From contig BTVJ01000008.1 in assembly GCA_045863395.1 (NCBI GenBank), positions 110,274 to 174,273 on the forward strand: a stretch of DNA of 64,000 nt, written 5' to 3'. The notes under the pieces were generated by a model. It did not search any database. It had not been told where the DNA came from and was given only the letters and a program-made list of their open reading frames with translations. Origin of the DNA: Myxococcales bacterium (lineage in GTDB: Bacteria; Myxococcota_A; UBA9042; JABWCM01; BTVJ01). Shown here in pieces: positions 47,220-57,944 of this stretch. The translations under genes and the position numbers were made by a program. Numbering within the stretch: position 1 is the first letter of the stretch; every line of letters begins with the position of its first letter.

Positions 47220-47696
47220 ATGACCACATCGCCGACGGTCGGCACCGAGATCGATGCCTACTGCCCCAAGTGCCGCCTCAACCTGGACGTGGTGATCTCT
47301 GCCGTTCACAACGGGGAGATCAAGCAGGTCCAGTGCCGCACCTGCTTGAACTTCGTCGAGTACAAGCCGCCGGCAGACCCGCAGGTGAAGAAGGACGTCC
47401 TGGTCAAGCGCCTGATGAAGCTCCAGGACGGCAAGCGCAAAGGGCCTGCGGCGAAGATCCCGCCGGCGCCGCTCCCTGTTGCGCGCGCCCGCTGGGAGGA
47501 CCTGACCGACCAGGTCGACTCCCGCTCGGCGCGCCCCTACGACCGGCTGCGGCGGTACGAGCCCGGCCAGCTCGTCCTGCACAAGAAGCACGGCATCGGC
47601 CATGTGGAGAGCGCGGACGAGGAGGCCATGCAGATGGTGGTCCTCTTCCGCGAGGGCCTGGTCACGCTGCCCTTCAACGAACCACTCGACGACTGA
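47220..47696 (+). CDS. Zinc-ribbon protein with C-terminal Tudor/CarD-like segment
   Basis: CPKC...CRTC; 'YEPGQLVLHKKHGIGHV'. Confidence 0.75.
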   Translation: MTTSPTVGTEIDAYCPKCRLNLDVVISAVHNGEIKQVQCRTCLNFVEYKPPADPQVKKDVLVKRLMKLQDGKRKGPAAKIPPAPLPVARARWEDLTDQVDSRSARPYDRLRRYEPGQLVLHKKHGIGHVESADEEAMQMVVLFREGLVTLPFNEPLDD

Positions 47697-47711
47697 GCGA
47701 GGAGACGAACG

Positions 47712-48305
47712 ATGGCGATGGATGACGACTTCGTGAGCCCGGAGACCGCGGAGGCCCAGGTCGTGGCCATCCACGACCGCATCCGGCGCAACGCCGACGA
47801 GATCCGGGCGCTCCTGCGGGACGACCTGCCGGCCTTCGTCGCGCGGGAGATCAAGACGCGCTTCGTCGAGGACGCGGACCTCTCCTCGCGCATGGGCGAG
47901 GCGCAGGTCAAGGCGCTCAAGGAGGCGGCGGCCAGGGCGGGCGCGGCACTGGCGGCGCAGGTGGACGAGGCGCTGTCGCCGCTCGACCCCTGGCTCGCCG
48001 GCCTGACCGTGGAGGAGGGCGGCAAGCACCTGGAGCAGAACCCGGATCTGTGGGCCCGCATCGCCCGCCCCGCCGCAGAGGCCGTGGAGGAGGTGCTCGA
48101 CACCAACGGCTTCCCCCGCCCCGCCGCGGGCCACGGCGTGGCGTACAAGGAGCCGGCGCGGTTCATCGGCGGGCGGTACCTGCCGAGCCTGGCCGAGCGC
48201 TACTGGAAGGCCATCGCCGACCTGCGGCGCATCACCGAGCAGGCGGAGGCCCAGGCCAGGGCGCGCAGCCGCTCGGAGCTGGCGCGGCGCTGGGACGACG
48301 CCTAG
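47712..48305 (+). CDS. Hypothetical helical protein
   Basis: RBS GAGGAG, GC3 bias, co-oriented with the previous gene. Confidence 0.72.
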   Translation: MAMDDDFVSPETAEAQVVAIHDRIRRNADEIRALLRDDLPAFVAREIKTRFVEDADLSSRMGEAQVKALKEAAARAGAALAAQVDEALSPLDPWLAGLTVEEGGKHLEQNPDLWARIARPAAEAVEEVLDTNGFPRPAAGHGVAYKEPARFIGGRYLPSLAERYWKAIADLRRITEQAEAQARARSRSELARRWDDA

Positions 48306-48452
48306 CCGCAGCGCTGGGAACACCCCCAGCCGCGAGGCTCGCCACCGGTCACAGACCCCCGCCCGCCGGAGCACTCGGCCCTACACTTCGCGATCCTCTC
48401 CCGATAGACTACGCTCCCCGACGCGCTCCCGCGCGCACCGCACGGAGGAACC

Positions 48453-50558
48453 ATGGCTCGACGCACCGCGCTCCTGTTCTTGTCCGCCCTGGTCGGGTGC
48501 TCCGACGCGACCAGTGGAGCCAGCGGCGGCAAGTGCCCGCACCCGATGATCGAGGTAGCTGACACCTGCGCCTGGCCCGATCCGAACGCGCAGCCGGACG
48601 GCAGCAGCGCCAGCTATGACTCGTCCATCGGTGACGGCAACCCGTTCGGCTCCAAGGACGGGGGCCTGGCAGACGTAGTGGAGGACGAGAAGGTCTGGCA
48701 CGACACCACGGTCATCGATCCCAACGACATCCCGGACCAGCCGGATGTGCCCTGCACCGAGGGGGAGCGGCGCTGCTTCGACACGGCGACGATTCAGGTC
48801 TGCAAGCAGGGCGTGTGGATGGTGGAGCTGCTCTGTCCCGGCGACCTGGAGTGCAAGAACGCGCTGTGCGTAGAGGTCTCCAGCTGCGAGCCGGGCGTCA
48901 TCGACGGCTGCTTCGGGCCGACCGCGATCCGCCAGTGCGACGAGGTCGGAAAGAGCTGGGTCCAGGTGCCCTGCGCGGCGGGGCAGTTCTGCTACAAGGG
49001 CCAGTGCGGCGACCAGATCTGCGGCGACAACGAGAAGAGCTGCCTCGACGTCTCGACGGTCGGTCAGTGCGCCGCCGACGGCAAGAGCTTCGAGTTCTTC
49101 GACGACTGCGGCGAGGGCGCCGTGTGCGTGGGCGGCAAGTGCCTGTCCGGCTGCGAGGCGCTGGTCAAGTACAACAAGAGCTACATCGGCTGCGAGTACT
49201 GGGCCACGGATCTCGACCAGTACGACGAGTCGGCCATCGGCGGGCTGATCCCCGGCATGAAGAACCCGCCGGACGCGCCCTGGGGCATCACCATCTCCAA
49301 CCCGGGCAAGGTCGAGGCGGCGATCACGTTCGTGACCACGCTGCCGGCGATCCAAGCCGAGCTGGACAAGATCCTCGACAAGACGGTCCCCGCGGGCAAC
49401 GCCAAGGCCTTCACCTTGCCGACCATGAACGTGGACGGCACGGAGATCAGCCAGAAGTCCATCCAGGTGCTGAGCGACCGCCCGGTGTTCATGCACCAGT
49501 TCAACCCGATCAACAACGAGGACGTGGCGTCCAACGACGCGTCGCTGCTCCTGCCCGTGCACGCGCTGGGCGACGAGTACTACATCACGACCCTGCCGAG
49601 CAGCCCCACGACTGACTTCGGCTTCAAGTTCGAGGGCCAGCGCTCCTACTTCACGGTGATGGCGGTCATGAACGGCGTCACGAAGGTGACGGCCAAGGTG
49701 ACCTGCGACACGCTGGCGGGGGCGAACATCCCCGCCATGAAGGCTGGCGAGGAGCGCACCTGGGAGCTCAACAAGTTCGACGTGCTCAACATCGAGGCGG
49801 ACGCCAAGCTGGCGATCCCCCCGAAGCCCGAGCAGATGGGGGACCTCACGGGCACCCACGTCTACAGCGACAAGCGCATCGTGGTCTTCAGCGGCCACGA
49901 GGAGGCGGTGGTGGCGCCCGACGACACGAAGGACTCCTGCTGCGCCGAGCACCTGGAGGAGCAGATGTTCCCCGTGGACTCCTGGCGCAAGGACGTGCTC
50001 GCGGTCAAGACACGCCCCAGAGGCGGCGAGCCGGACGTCTGGCGCGTCCTGAGCGGCGTGGACGGCAACAAGATCACCACCATCCCGCCCATCAACGGCC
50101 TGAACGGGCAGACGCTGGGGAAGGGCAAGTGGGTCGAGGTGATCACCCCGCAGAGCTTCGAGATCTCGGGGACGGGGCCCATCCTGGTCGTCCAGTACAC
50201 GGTCAGCAACAACCAGACCGACGACTGGACGGGCGACCCGTCGCTGATCCAGGCCGTCCCCACTGCCCAGTTCCGCGACAACTACACGATCATGGTCCCC
50301 AAGAAGTACAAGGCCAACTACGTGACGGTGATCCGCCCCGCGGGCGCGCAGATCGAGCTCGACGCGGTGATCGTGCCCGACTCGGAGTTCAAGCCCTTCG
50401 GCAGCGGCGCCTACCAGTACGCCTACTTGACCGTCGGCGAGGGCGTCCACTACCTCAAGTCGGAAGAGAAGTTCGGCGTCAGCCAGTATGGCTGGAGCAG
50501 CGTGGTCTCCTACGGCTGCCCCGCCGGGCTCGATCTGGGGGCGCCCGACCAGCCCTGA
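48453..50558 (+). CDS. IgGFc-binding domain lipoprotein with Cys-rich repeats
   Basis: Lipobox LVGC; Cys repeats; 'SYIGCEYW', 'SNDASLLLPVHALG', 'DLTGT', 'HLEEQMFP', 'GDPSL'. Confidence 0.88.
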   Translation: MARRTALLFLSALVGCSDATSGASGGKCPHPMIEVADTCAWPDPNAQPDGSSASYDSSIGDGNPFGSKDGGLADVVEDEKVWHDTTVIDPNDIPDQPDVPCTEGERRCFDTATIQVCKQGVWMVELLCPGDLECKNALCVEVSSCEPGVIDGCFGPTAIRQCDEVGKSWVQVPCAAGQFCYKGQCGDQICGDNEKSCLDVSTVGQCAADGKSFEFFDDCGEGAVCVGGKCLSGCEALVKYNKSYIGCEYWATDLDQYDESAIGGLIPGMKNPPDAPWGITISNPGKVEAAITFVTTLPAIQAELDKILDKTVPAGNAKAFTLPTMNVDGTEISQKSIQVLSDRPVFMHQFNPINNEDVASNDASLLLPVHALGDEYYITTLPSSPTTDFGFKFEGQRSYFTVMAVMNGVTKVTAKVTCDTLAGANIPAMKAGEERTWELNKFDVLNIEADAKLAIPPKPEQMGDLTGTHVYSDKRIVVFSGHEEAVVAPDDTKDSCCAEHLEEQMFPVDSWRKDVLAVKTRPRGGEPDVWRVLSGVDGNKITTIPPINGLNGQTLGKGKWVEVITPQSFEISGTGPILVVQYTVSNNQTDDWTGDPSLIQAVPTAQFRDNYTIMVPKKYKANYVTVIRPAGAQIELDAVIVPDSEFKPFGSGAYQYAYLTVGEGVHYLKSEEKFGVSQYGWSSVVSYGCPAGLDLGAPDQP

Positions 50559-50652
50559 CGCGCGAGGCGCTGTGGCGAGCCGGCCCCTTCCCTCCGGCGG
50601 AGGGGCGTCGACCTGCACGTTCCGGCGTCGCCCCCGCGGCTCTCGCAGCGGC

Positions 50653-51978
50653 TCAGGGGGCCTTGTGCTTCAGGGTGACCCGTGGGGAGACGGGGGTCGT
50701 GCCGTCGAGGATGCCCGCCACGGTGGGGTCACCCAGGACGTGGTAGCGCAAGGCGGCGAGCAGGAGCGTGTCGACGATGGCAAAGCCCTCTGCGTCGGGG
50801 AGGGCCTTGCAGGCAGCGTCGCCCAGCACCGCGTTGCCGAGGCCGAAGAGCTGGTGGCAGCCGCCCTCGATGTCTGCCCAGGTGAGGTCCACGCTCGTCG
50901 CGGAGTCGAAGACCGCCGCAGCGCTCGCCGCGTCGAGGCTTCCAGTCATCTGCAGGACCGGGACGGGGGAGGTCGGGGGCCAGGAGAGCAGGTCCGAGGC
51001 GCCGCCGGCCATGGGGACGAAGAGCCGCGGGCGGGAATCCGAGAGAACCTCGGCAAACGCGGCGACCAGGGCTGGGGAGCAGTCGGGTAGCGCACCGGCG
51101 TCGCACTTCGCCTGGATCGCCACGGGATCGAACGGGGTCCCAGCCATCGCCCAGGTGGTGGTGGTGCCGAAGCTGTGGCCGCTCATGGCGACGCGGTCGG
51201 CGTCGAGGGCGCCGGCGAGCGGGTCGGGGGGCGCCAGGGTGAGCACCAGGTCGAGGGCGGCGCGCACATCGAGGACGCGCTGGAGGAAGATGGCCAGCGG
51301 GCGCGGATCCGGCGTGTCGAGCAGCGTGTTGCCCTTGTGCTCGGGGGCCACCGCCACCCACCCGTGGGTGGCCACGTAGCGCATCAGCTCGGCGCTGTTG
51401 CCCGCGAATCCCATGTGGCCGTGAGAGTGGACCAGCACCGGGTGGCCCGCGGGGTAGGGCGACGGCGCCTTCGGGGCGTCCACCGTGACGTTTGGGTCGG
51501 GGAAGAGGCCCAGGTAGGTAGGGGTCTCCTCGGTGGGGGCCGCGGTGGGGTACCAGACGTGGACCTCGATGGTGCGCTCGGGCAGGTCCCCCGGGGGGGT
51601 GTAGGTCGTGTGGAGCACTCTGTAGCCGACCTGGAAGGGGCCGTCCTGGTCCACGGGCCACGCGAGCGGGTCGGTGGACGCGTCTTGGCCCGCGTCGGCC
51701 GCGTCGGGCGGTGCGTCCGCGTCGGCCGCGTCGGGCGGGGCGGGCGGGGCGGCCACGTCGGTCCCGCCGTCGGGCGGGGCGGCCACGTCGGTCCCGCCAG
51801 CGTCCACGGAGGCCGTGTCGCCGGCGCCTGCCCCGTCCGCGCCGCCACCGGCGTCCTGCACCAGATTGCCCGCGTCCTGCCCCGAGGGGCCGCCCGCGTC
51901 GTCTTCGCACGCCCACAGCGCGAGCGCGCTCCCGAGGAGGACGAGCGGCAGGGCACGGACAGTGGGGCACCGGTGCAT
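50653..51978 (-). CDS. Alpha/beta hydrolase lipoprotein (PAF-acetylhydrolase/dienelactone hydrolase-like)
   Basis: 'VHVWYP', 'HSHG', 'ATHGWVAVAPEH', nucleophile GHSFG, catalytic-type 'GGCH'. Confidence 0.85.
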   Translation of the reverse strand: MHRCPTVRALPLVLLGSALALWACEDDAGGPSGQDAGNLVQDAGGGADGAGAGDTASVDAGGTDVAAPPDGGTDVAAPPAPPDAADADAPPDAADAGQDASTDPLAWPVDQDGPFQVGYRVLHTTYTPPGDLPERTIEVHVWYPTAAPTEETPTYLGLFPDPNVTVDAPKAPSPYPAGHPVLVHSHGHMGFAGNSAELMRYVATHGWVAVAPEHKGNTLLDTPDPRPLAIFLQRVLDVRAALDLVLTLAPPDPLAGALDADRVAMSGHSFGTTTTWAMAGTPFDPVAIQAKCDAGALPDCSPALVAAFAEVLSDSRPRLFVPMAGGASDLLSWPPTSPVPVLQMTGSLDAASAAAVFDSATSVDLTWADIEGGCHQLFGLGNAVLGDAACKALPDAEGFAIVDTLLLAALRYHVLGDPTVAGILDGTTPVSPRVTLKHKAP

Positions 51979-52085
51979 GGCCTTCCTCACGCTGGAGTGG
52001 AGTGGGCACGGTAGCACGCACCAAGACCCTGGGGCCAGAGCCCGATTGCGCCCCCGGCTCCATGTGCGCTACTGTCGGAGCCCAC

Positions 52086-53462
52086 ATGCTCTACGCGTTC
52101 ATCCAGTGGCTCCTGCGGACAGGCATCCGCGTGTTCTACCGCCAGATCGAGGTGGTGGGGCGCGAGAACGTGCCGGCCGAGGGTGGCGTGATCTTCGCGG
52201 GCAACCACCCGAACTCGCTGCTGGATCCCATCCTGGTCATCGCGCTCGCCGGGCGCCGCGTGCGCTTCGCAGCCAAGGACGTGCTGTTTCGCAGCCGCAT
52301 CTTGCGCTTCTTCCTCGACGGGCTCGGCGCGGTTCCCATCGCGCGCCGCTCGGACCACCCGGACGGCCCCCTCGACAACGCGGGCACCTTCGACCGCCTC
52401 CTCGACGTGCTCGGGGCGGGCAACGCCATCGGCATCTTCCCCGAGGGGCTGAGCCACGACGAGGCGCACCTCGCAGAGCTCAAGACCGGCGCCGCCCGCA
52501 TCGCGCTGATGACCGCCGCGCGACACCCGGGCAAGCCCCTGTGCATCGTGCCGGTGGGGCTGACCTACATCCGGCGGCGCCGCTTCCGGAGCCGGGTGCT
52601 CATGCAGCTCGGGCCGCCCATCCCGGTCGGTGACGCGGAGGCCGCCGCTTGGGCCGCGGACCAGCGTGGGGCGGCCCGCGCGCTGACGGGCGCCATGGAG
52701 CAGGGGCTCCGCGCCCTGACGGTCAACGCCAGCGACTGGGACACCGTGCGTGTGCTGGACGGCGTGCGGCGTCTCTACCAGCCGGCGCGCATGCCCCTGG
52801 AGGTGCGCACCGAGCTGGCCCGCCGCTTCAACGAGGTGTACCCGCGCTTGAAGCAGGTCCCCGAGATCCAGGCCACCTTCGCCGCCGTGAGCGCGTGGCA
52901 GGAGCGGCTGCGGGAGGCCCACCTGGAGGACCGGGACCTGCTGCGCAAGATGGGCGCTGCGGAGGTCCTGGCCCGCATCGGGCGCCACGCCCTGCTGCTG
53001 CTCGTGTGGCTGCCCCTGGCCATTCCCGGCGCCGTCGTCCACCTGCCGCTGGCGCTGCTGGCCGCGTGGACCGGCGCCACCTTGTCACCGCGGAAGGACG
53101 TCATCGCCACCACCAAGTTCGTGGTGGGGCTCCTCGGGATGGTGCTGGCCTTCGTCGGGGTGCTCCTCACCCTGCTCCTGACGGCTGGCTTCCTCGTGGC
53201 CGCGGCCGCCGCCTTCCTGCTCCCGCTGTCGGGGTGGGCCACGGTGCAGGTGCTGGAGCGGGGAGCCGCCATGCGCAATGTGCTGCTGACCCTCTCGCGC
53301 CTCCTGCGCCTCGGCCGTGAGATCGAGGACCTCCGCGCCGAGCGTGTCCGTCTGGAGGGCGAGATCCTGCGCCTCGTCGCCCGCCACCTGCCCGCGGACA
53401 TGGCGCCCCTGTTTCCTGAGCGGGCGGCTCAGGGTGCCTCACGAAGTGTGCCTCCTGCATGA
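52086..53462 (+). CDS. Glycerol-3-phosphate/lysophospholipid acyltransferase family protein
   Basis: NHPNSLLD (HX4D), 'IFPEG', 'LKTGAAR', C-terminal TM helices. Confidence 0.92.
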   Translation: MLYAFIQWLLRTGIRVFYRQIEVVGRENVPAEGGVIFAGNHPNSLLDPILVIALAGRRVRFAAKDVLFRSRILRFFLDGLGAVPIARRSDHPDGPLDNAGTFDRLLDVLGAGNAIGIFPEGLSHDEAHLAELKTGAARIALMTAARHPGKPLCIVPVGLTYIRRRRFRSRVLMQLGPPIPVGDAEAAAWAADQRGAARALTGAMEQGLRALTVNASDWDTVRVLDGVRRLYQPARMPLEVRTELARRFNEVYPRLKQVPEIQATFAAVSAWQERLREAHLEDRDLLRKMGAAEVLARIGRHALLLLVWLPLAIPGAVVHLPLALLAAWTGATLSPRKDVIATTKFVVGLLGMVLAFVGVLLTLLLTAGFLVAAAAAFLLPLSGWATVQVLERGAAMRNVLLTLSRLLRLGREIEDLRAERVRLEGEILRLVARHLPADMAPLFPERAAQGASRSVPPA

Positions 53463-54088
53463 GCACCGTCGTCCTGCTCCACGGGCTGGCGCGGACCCGC
53501 CGCTCCCTGGCCGGGCTCCAGCGCCACCTGGACGCCCTCGGCTACGAGACCTGGTCCTGCACGTACCCGTCGCGCTCTCTGGGCATCGCGGACCTTGCGG
53601 CGTGGATCTCCGAGGCCATCCAGCGCGATCTGGGGGATCGCCCGCTGTACGCGGTCACCCACTCCCTCGGCGGCATCCTGGTGCGCCACATGCCGTCGCT
53701 TCCCTGGCGCGGAGTGGTGATGCTCGCTCCTCCCAACCAAGGCAGCCGGGTCGCGGCCCTGCTGCGTGACCACCCCCTGTTTCGCCGCTTCTACGGCCCC
53801 GCGGGGCAGGACGTGGCCGACCCGAGCACCTGGCCGCCCCCGCCGCGCCCGTTCGCCGTCATCGCTGGCACGGCAGCGCCGACCCTCGGAAACCCCACGA
53901 GCTGGGGCACCCGCGCGTTGGGTTTGATTCCCGCCGGCTGCCCCAGCGACGGCACCGTCCTGGTGGACGAGGCGCGGCACCCGGACGCCGCCGCCTTCGT
54001 GACGGTCCCGGCGAGCCACACCTGGATCATGAACCACCCGGACGTGCGCGAGCTGGTCGTGGAGCTGCTGGAGCAGTTGGGAGCATAG
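53459..54088 (+). CDS. Alpha/beta hydrolase (lipase/esterase-like)
   Basis: 'LLHGL', THSLGG, 'MLAPPNQGS', 'SDGTV', 'SHTWIM'. Confidence 0.9.
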   Translation: MSTVVLLHGLARTRRSLAGLQRHLDALGYETWSCTYPSRSLGIADLAAWISEAIQRDLGDRPLYAVTHSLGGILVRHMPSLPWRGVVMLAPPNQGSRVAALLRDHPLFRRFYGPAGQDVADPSTWPPPPRPFAVIAGTAAPTLGNPTSWGTRALGLIPAGCPSDGTVLVDEARHPDAAAFVTVPASHTWIMNHPDVRELVVELLEQLGA

Positions 54089-54090
54089 GA

Positions 54091-55314
54091 TCAGCGCCGG
54101 GCGACGCTCTCGAGGAAGGCGGCGTAGTCGGCTGCGATTCGGGCGCGATCATAGTGCGCCTCCACGAAGGCCCGCCCTGCGTCCCCCATGCGCCGCACCA
54201 GCCCCGGGTCGGCGCGCAGGCGCGCCAGGGCGTCGCACAGGGCGTCGGTGTCCTCGGGGGGCACGGCGATGGCCGCCCCCGAGCGCAGCGCCACGTCGCG
54301 GGCCTCGCCGGCCACCGAGATCACGAAGGGGCGGCGCATGGCCATGATCTCGAACATCTTGGACGGCAGCACCTCCGTGAACAGCTCGGCCTTGCGCAGC
54401 GGCACGAGGCAGGCGTCCGCGGCGGTGTACCAGCGCACGACGTCGTCCTTGCCCACCGGCGGCACGAAGGTGGCGTCGACCCCCATGCGCGCCGCCTGCT
54501 CCATGATGGCGGGCTTCTCCGCGCCGTCGCCCACGAAGGCGAAGCGGAAGTCCTGCCGCAGCCGCGCCGCCGCGTCCACGACGGTGGAGAGTGCGTGGCT
54601 CATACCGTGGGTGCCGAGGTAGAGCACCACGAAGTCCGTGTCTCGGAAGCCGAAGGAGCGGCGGATCGCGAGGCGCCCAGGGTCCGGCGTGAACCGCTCC
54701 AGGTCGACGCCGTTGGTGAACACGGCGATCTTCGCTGGGTCAACGCGGTAGCGCCGCAGGATGCCATCCCGGTACCCGTGACCCACGGTGACGATGCGGT
54801 CGGCCCGGTCGTAGAGCCACTGGGCCATGCGGGCCACACCGCGGATGATCGCGCCTTCCCGCAGCGCCCCGGCGGCGACGATGCTCTCCGGCCAAAGGTC
54901 CCGCACCTCCAGGACGAAGGGGGCCCGGAGCGTCGTCGAGAGCACCGCGCCGACCACACCGGCGAAGATCTGCGGCGACGTGGCGACGACGACGTCGGGC
55001 CGCTCCACGAGCGCCGTGCCCAGCGCGGACGCGGACGCCAGGTAGGACAGGAAGCCTGCCGTCCGCCGCACCCGCCCCCGGTTGGGCGTGGCGTAGATGT
55101 AGGTGCGGAGCACCGTGACGGGGCCGTCCTGCTCGCGTCGCCAGACGACCCCCCGGTCCGCAGGGCGCTTGACGCCGTGAGGGAAGCTCGGGAACCCGGT
55201 GAGGACGGTCACCTCGTGTCCCCGACTCGACCAGGCGCGCGCCAGCTCGGAGACCCGCGCGGCGGGCGCGCCCATCTCGGGCGGGTAGTTGAAGCTGACG
55301 TAGAGGATCTTCAC
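54091..55314 (-). CDS. Glycosyltransferase family 4 (WbuB-like)
   Basis: 'YPPEMGAPAARV', 'ATSPQ', 'EVRDLWPES', 'PSKMFEIMA'; GTG start. Confidence 0.92.
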   Translation of the reverse strand: MKILYVSFNYPPEMGAPAARVSELARAWSSRGHEVTVLTGFPSFPHGVKRPADRGVVWRREQDGPVTVLRTYIYATPNRGRVRRTAGFLSYLASASALGTALVERPDVVVATSPQIFAGVVGAVLSTTLRAPFVLEVRDLWPESIVAAGALREGAIIRGVARMAQWLYDRADRIVTVGHGYRDGILRRYRVDPAKIAVFTNGVDLERFTPDPGRLAIRRSFGFRDTDFVVLYLGTHGMSHALSTVVDAAARLRQDFRFAFVGDGAEKPAIMEQAARMGVDATFVPPVGKDDVVRWYTAADACLVPLRKAELFTEVLPSKMFEIMAMRRPFVISVAGEARDVALRSGAAIAVPPEDTDALCDALARLRADPGLVRRMGDAGRAFVEAHYDRARIAADYAAFLESVARR

Positions 55315-55385
55315 GGCGCGGGCTCCCGGTGCGTGCGCCGAGCATAGCGCGGGGCGCGGGCGGGGTCCACGGGGCGCGAAGGGCG

Positions 55386-56033
55386 TCACGCCGAGAGGAT
55401 CACCCGCCCGATGGCCACGAGGTGCAGCGAGGCCGCGACGATGACCAGCAGGTGGAAGATCTCGTGGTAGCCGAACACGCTGGGGTAGGGGTCGGGGCGC
55501 CGCCGGGCGTAGATGACGGCGCCAGCCAGGTAGACGGCGCCGCCGAGCCAGATCAGCACCGTTCCGAGGGCGCCGAGGCCCTCGAAGATCGCGGTGCCGT
55601 CGACGACGAAGGCGAAGGCGAGCGTGGCGTAGATGGCGACGGAGACCGGCCGCGGCGCGTGCACCCAGAGCAGGGACTGGAGCAGCCCCGCCGCGGCGCC
55701 GACCCAGATGATTAGCAGCATGCGGGCTCCCCGCTCCGGCGTCAGCGCAAGCATGGCGATGGGGGTGTAGCTGCCGGCGACGAGCAGGAAGATCGCCGCG
55801 TGGTCGAGGCGCCGGAGCCACCGGCGCGCCCGCGGCGTCCACATGGGCACGTGGTACAGGGCGCTCGCCCCGAACAGGAACGAGATGGAGCCCAGGTAGA
55901 TGGCGGCCCCGACGGTCGCACGCCCGGGCGGCGCCTCGGCGACGAGGATCACGCCGACCACGAGGCTCACGAAGAACGCGATCAGGTGCGAGACCCCCCG
56001 CTGGCTGGGCTTCGCGCGTGGGAGCTGGCTCAT
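55386..56033 (-). CDS. Hemolysin III (PAQR) family membrane protein
   Basis: 'SALYH', 'RRLDHAAIFLLVAGSYTP', 'FGYHEIFH'. Confidence 0.93.
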   Translation of the reverse strand: MSQLPRAKPSQRGVSHLIAFFVSLVVGVILVAEAPPGRATVGAAIYLGSISFLFGASALYHVPMWTPRARRWLRRLDHAAIFLLVAGSYTPIAMLALTPERGARMLLIIWVGAAAGLLQSLLWVHAPRPVSVAIYATLAFAFVVDGTAIFEGLGALGTVLIWLGGAVYLAGAVIYARRRPDPYPSVFGYHEIFHLLVIVAASLHLVAIGRVILSA

Positions 56034-56283
56034 CGGGTCACCACGTTCGTCCTCCCGTCCCCCCGAGGCGGGGGAGGTGGTCCAGATCCAAAGGGGAGGC
56101 TGCGCCGGGTCGCAGGCGCCAGCAGGATACCCGATGGAGTGGACGTTGGCACGTCCGCCGAGCCGTTGCGGGCGGGGCGCTCCCGAGCCGCCGCCATCGA
56201 GGGACCCGGGCAAGGCGCTCCCTCAGTCGACGAGCGGCCCGTGGTCGCTCTCCGCGAAACGCCCGATGACCGGGTGGCCCGGA

Positions 56284-57660
56284 CTACGACACCCAGCGGG
56301 CGAGTACGGGCTCGCGCGTGCGCGCCTCGGCCAGCAGGTCCTCGAGGGTCAGCGGGTGCCGACCCTCCGTGTGCGACAGCGCCTCGGAGACTCGGGCCAT
56401 CTCCACCCAGTCGCGTCGGTCGAAGGTGGTGGACTTGACAACCACCTGCATCGCGCCCGCCGCAGCGACCAGCCCCCACTCCTCCCGCCTCCGGTCGAGC
56501 GCCGTGCCGCGAAGCAGTAGCAGCGGAAATGCCTTGACGACCGGGACTCGCCTGGCGAGGCACCACGCGACCGTCTGCTCGAAGGAAGCGAGCGTCTGTC
56601 GTGGAAGCCCGAAGATCAGCGAGACCTCGTGGTCGAGCCCTCGCCGCCGCACCTCCGCGAGCACGTCGCTGACCTTTCCGACGTCGTTCATTCGCCGCAC
56701 TGCGCGCCCCTCGTCATCGTGAATGGTCTGCAGCCCGAACTCCAGGCAGACGTCGAGCACCCCGGCCGCCTCCAGGAACTCCTCGGTGACCAGCTCGGCA
56801 CGGCACTGCAACGACAGGCGCCCCTTGAATCCTCGCTCCGCGAAGCGCCGAAGCACCGCGATTGCCTCGGAGCCGGCATTGAAGATGGGGTCGAGGACGG
56901 CGATGGACTGGATCCCCAGCCGACAGAACAAGTCGACCTCTTGTGCGATGCGGCCTGCGGCAAGGTCCCTGCGCAGGAGCCTCGCTCCTGCCTCCCGGTG
57001 CTGGCAGAACGAGCAACGGAACTGGCACCCCCGCTGGGTCTCCCACCTCACGAAGCGCTGCCCTTGGAGCGGCACCGCACCATCCAGCCACGGAGACGGG
57101 AGCGCGCCCAGGTCGACACTGGCCTGGACCTCGATGTCCTTGTGCCCCGGGTAGTGGACACCGACCACCTGCGGCGTTCCTGGTGTCACCGCGAGCACAC
57201 ACAAGGCGTCCTCTCCGTAGCCACGCACGAAGGCGTCGGCGTCGCGGTACACCAGGTCGAGTCCCGCCCCAGCGTAGGAGATCTGTGGGCCACCGAGGAT
57301 GATCCGCCCACGGAACCCCTCGCGGCGCAGGCGGGGCAGGAGCTCCTGAACCTGATCCTCCGCCCACACGTAGACGCCGACGGCGACATCCACGTCGCGA
57401 GGCGACAGCCCGGCGGTCAGAGCCCGGATGGCGGTGGAAGCGCGACCGACGGGCTCCGAGTCGTTGACCGGAATCACAACGGAGTGAACATCGACGCCGG
57501 TCCGGGAGCGCAGGGCGGTCAGCAACGACGCGTGACCGAGCGGGACCCGCGGGTCCTTGTCGCGGGTCCAGAAGAGGTCTACGAGCACGACTCGACGGCC
57601 TCTGCCACTGTGCGGCGTGATGATGGACCCTGATGTGCTGGAGGTGTGCTCGGAGCTCAT
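56284..57660 (-). CDS. B12-binding domain radical SAM protein
   Basis: 'PLGHASL', 'GVYVW', 'IILGGPQIS', 'GYGE' cobalamin-binding-type domain; 'ETQRGCQFRCSFC'; 'FGLQT', 'LIFGLPRQT'. Confidence 0.92.
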   Translation of the reverse strand: MSSEHTSSTSGSIITPHSGRGRRVVLVDLFWTRDKDPRVPLGHASLLTALRSRTGVDVHSVVIPVNDSEPVGRASTAIRALTAGLSPRDVDVAVGVYVWAEDQVQELLPRLRREGFRGRIILGGPQISYAGAGLDLVYRDADAFVRGYGEDALCVLAVTPGTPQVVGVHYPGHKDIEVQASVDLGALPSPWLDGAVPLQGQRFVRWETQRGCQFRCSFCQHREAGARLLRRDLAAGRIAQEVDLFCRLGIQSIAVLDPIFNAGSEAIAVLRRFAERGFKGRLSLQCRAELVTEEFLEAAGVLDVCLEFGLQTIHDDEGRAVRRMNDVGKVSDVLAEVRRRGLDHEVSLIFGLPRQTLASFEQTVAWCLARRVPVVKAFPLLLLRGTALDRRREEWGLVAAAGAMQVVVKSTTFDRRDWVEMARVSEALSHTEGRHPLTLEDLLAEARTREPVLARWVS

Positions 57661-57944
57661 GGCACCCTCCGTGGGCCGGCGGGCACCGTGTGTGTGACGG
57701 TTGGAGGCTCGCCCCACCAGGCCGTGACAACGCTCTGATCGGCGCCAACGATGACGACGAGCTGCCGCGCACGACGAGCTGAGTGCTGCTTGACGGGAAT
57801 CCTGAGCGCATGGACCGCATTCGGTCCGAGCCGGAGCCGTCGACCAAGGGAGACGGTCAGTAGCACCGCGTCGAGCGTGATTCCGCGGGCGGCGAGCCGC
57901 TCGCGAGCATGGTCGGTGAGGCCGACCCAGGTCGTAGGGCGCAT
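57657..57944 (-). CDS. DUF4258-like small protein
   Basis: 'LTDHARERLAARGI...LVVIVGADQSVVTAW'; RBS GGAG; ATGA overlap with the radical SAM gene. Confidence 0.75.
   Translation of the reverse strand: MRPTTWVGLTDHARERLAARGITLDAVLLTVSLGRRLRLGPNAVHALRIPVKQHSARRARQLVVIVGADQSVVTAWWGEPPTVTHTVPAGPRRVP

Noticed and set aside
45403..55314. Heparinase II/III and WbuB-like glycosyltransferase as a polysaccharide cluster
   Set aside because: Separated by about 7 kb of unrelated genes; no flippase, polymerase or nucleotide-sugar genes between them.
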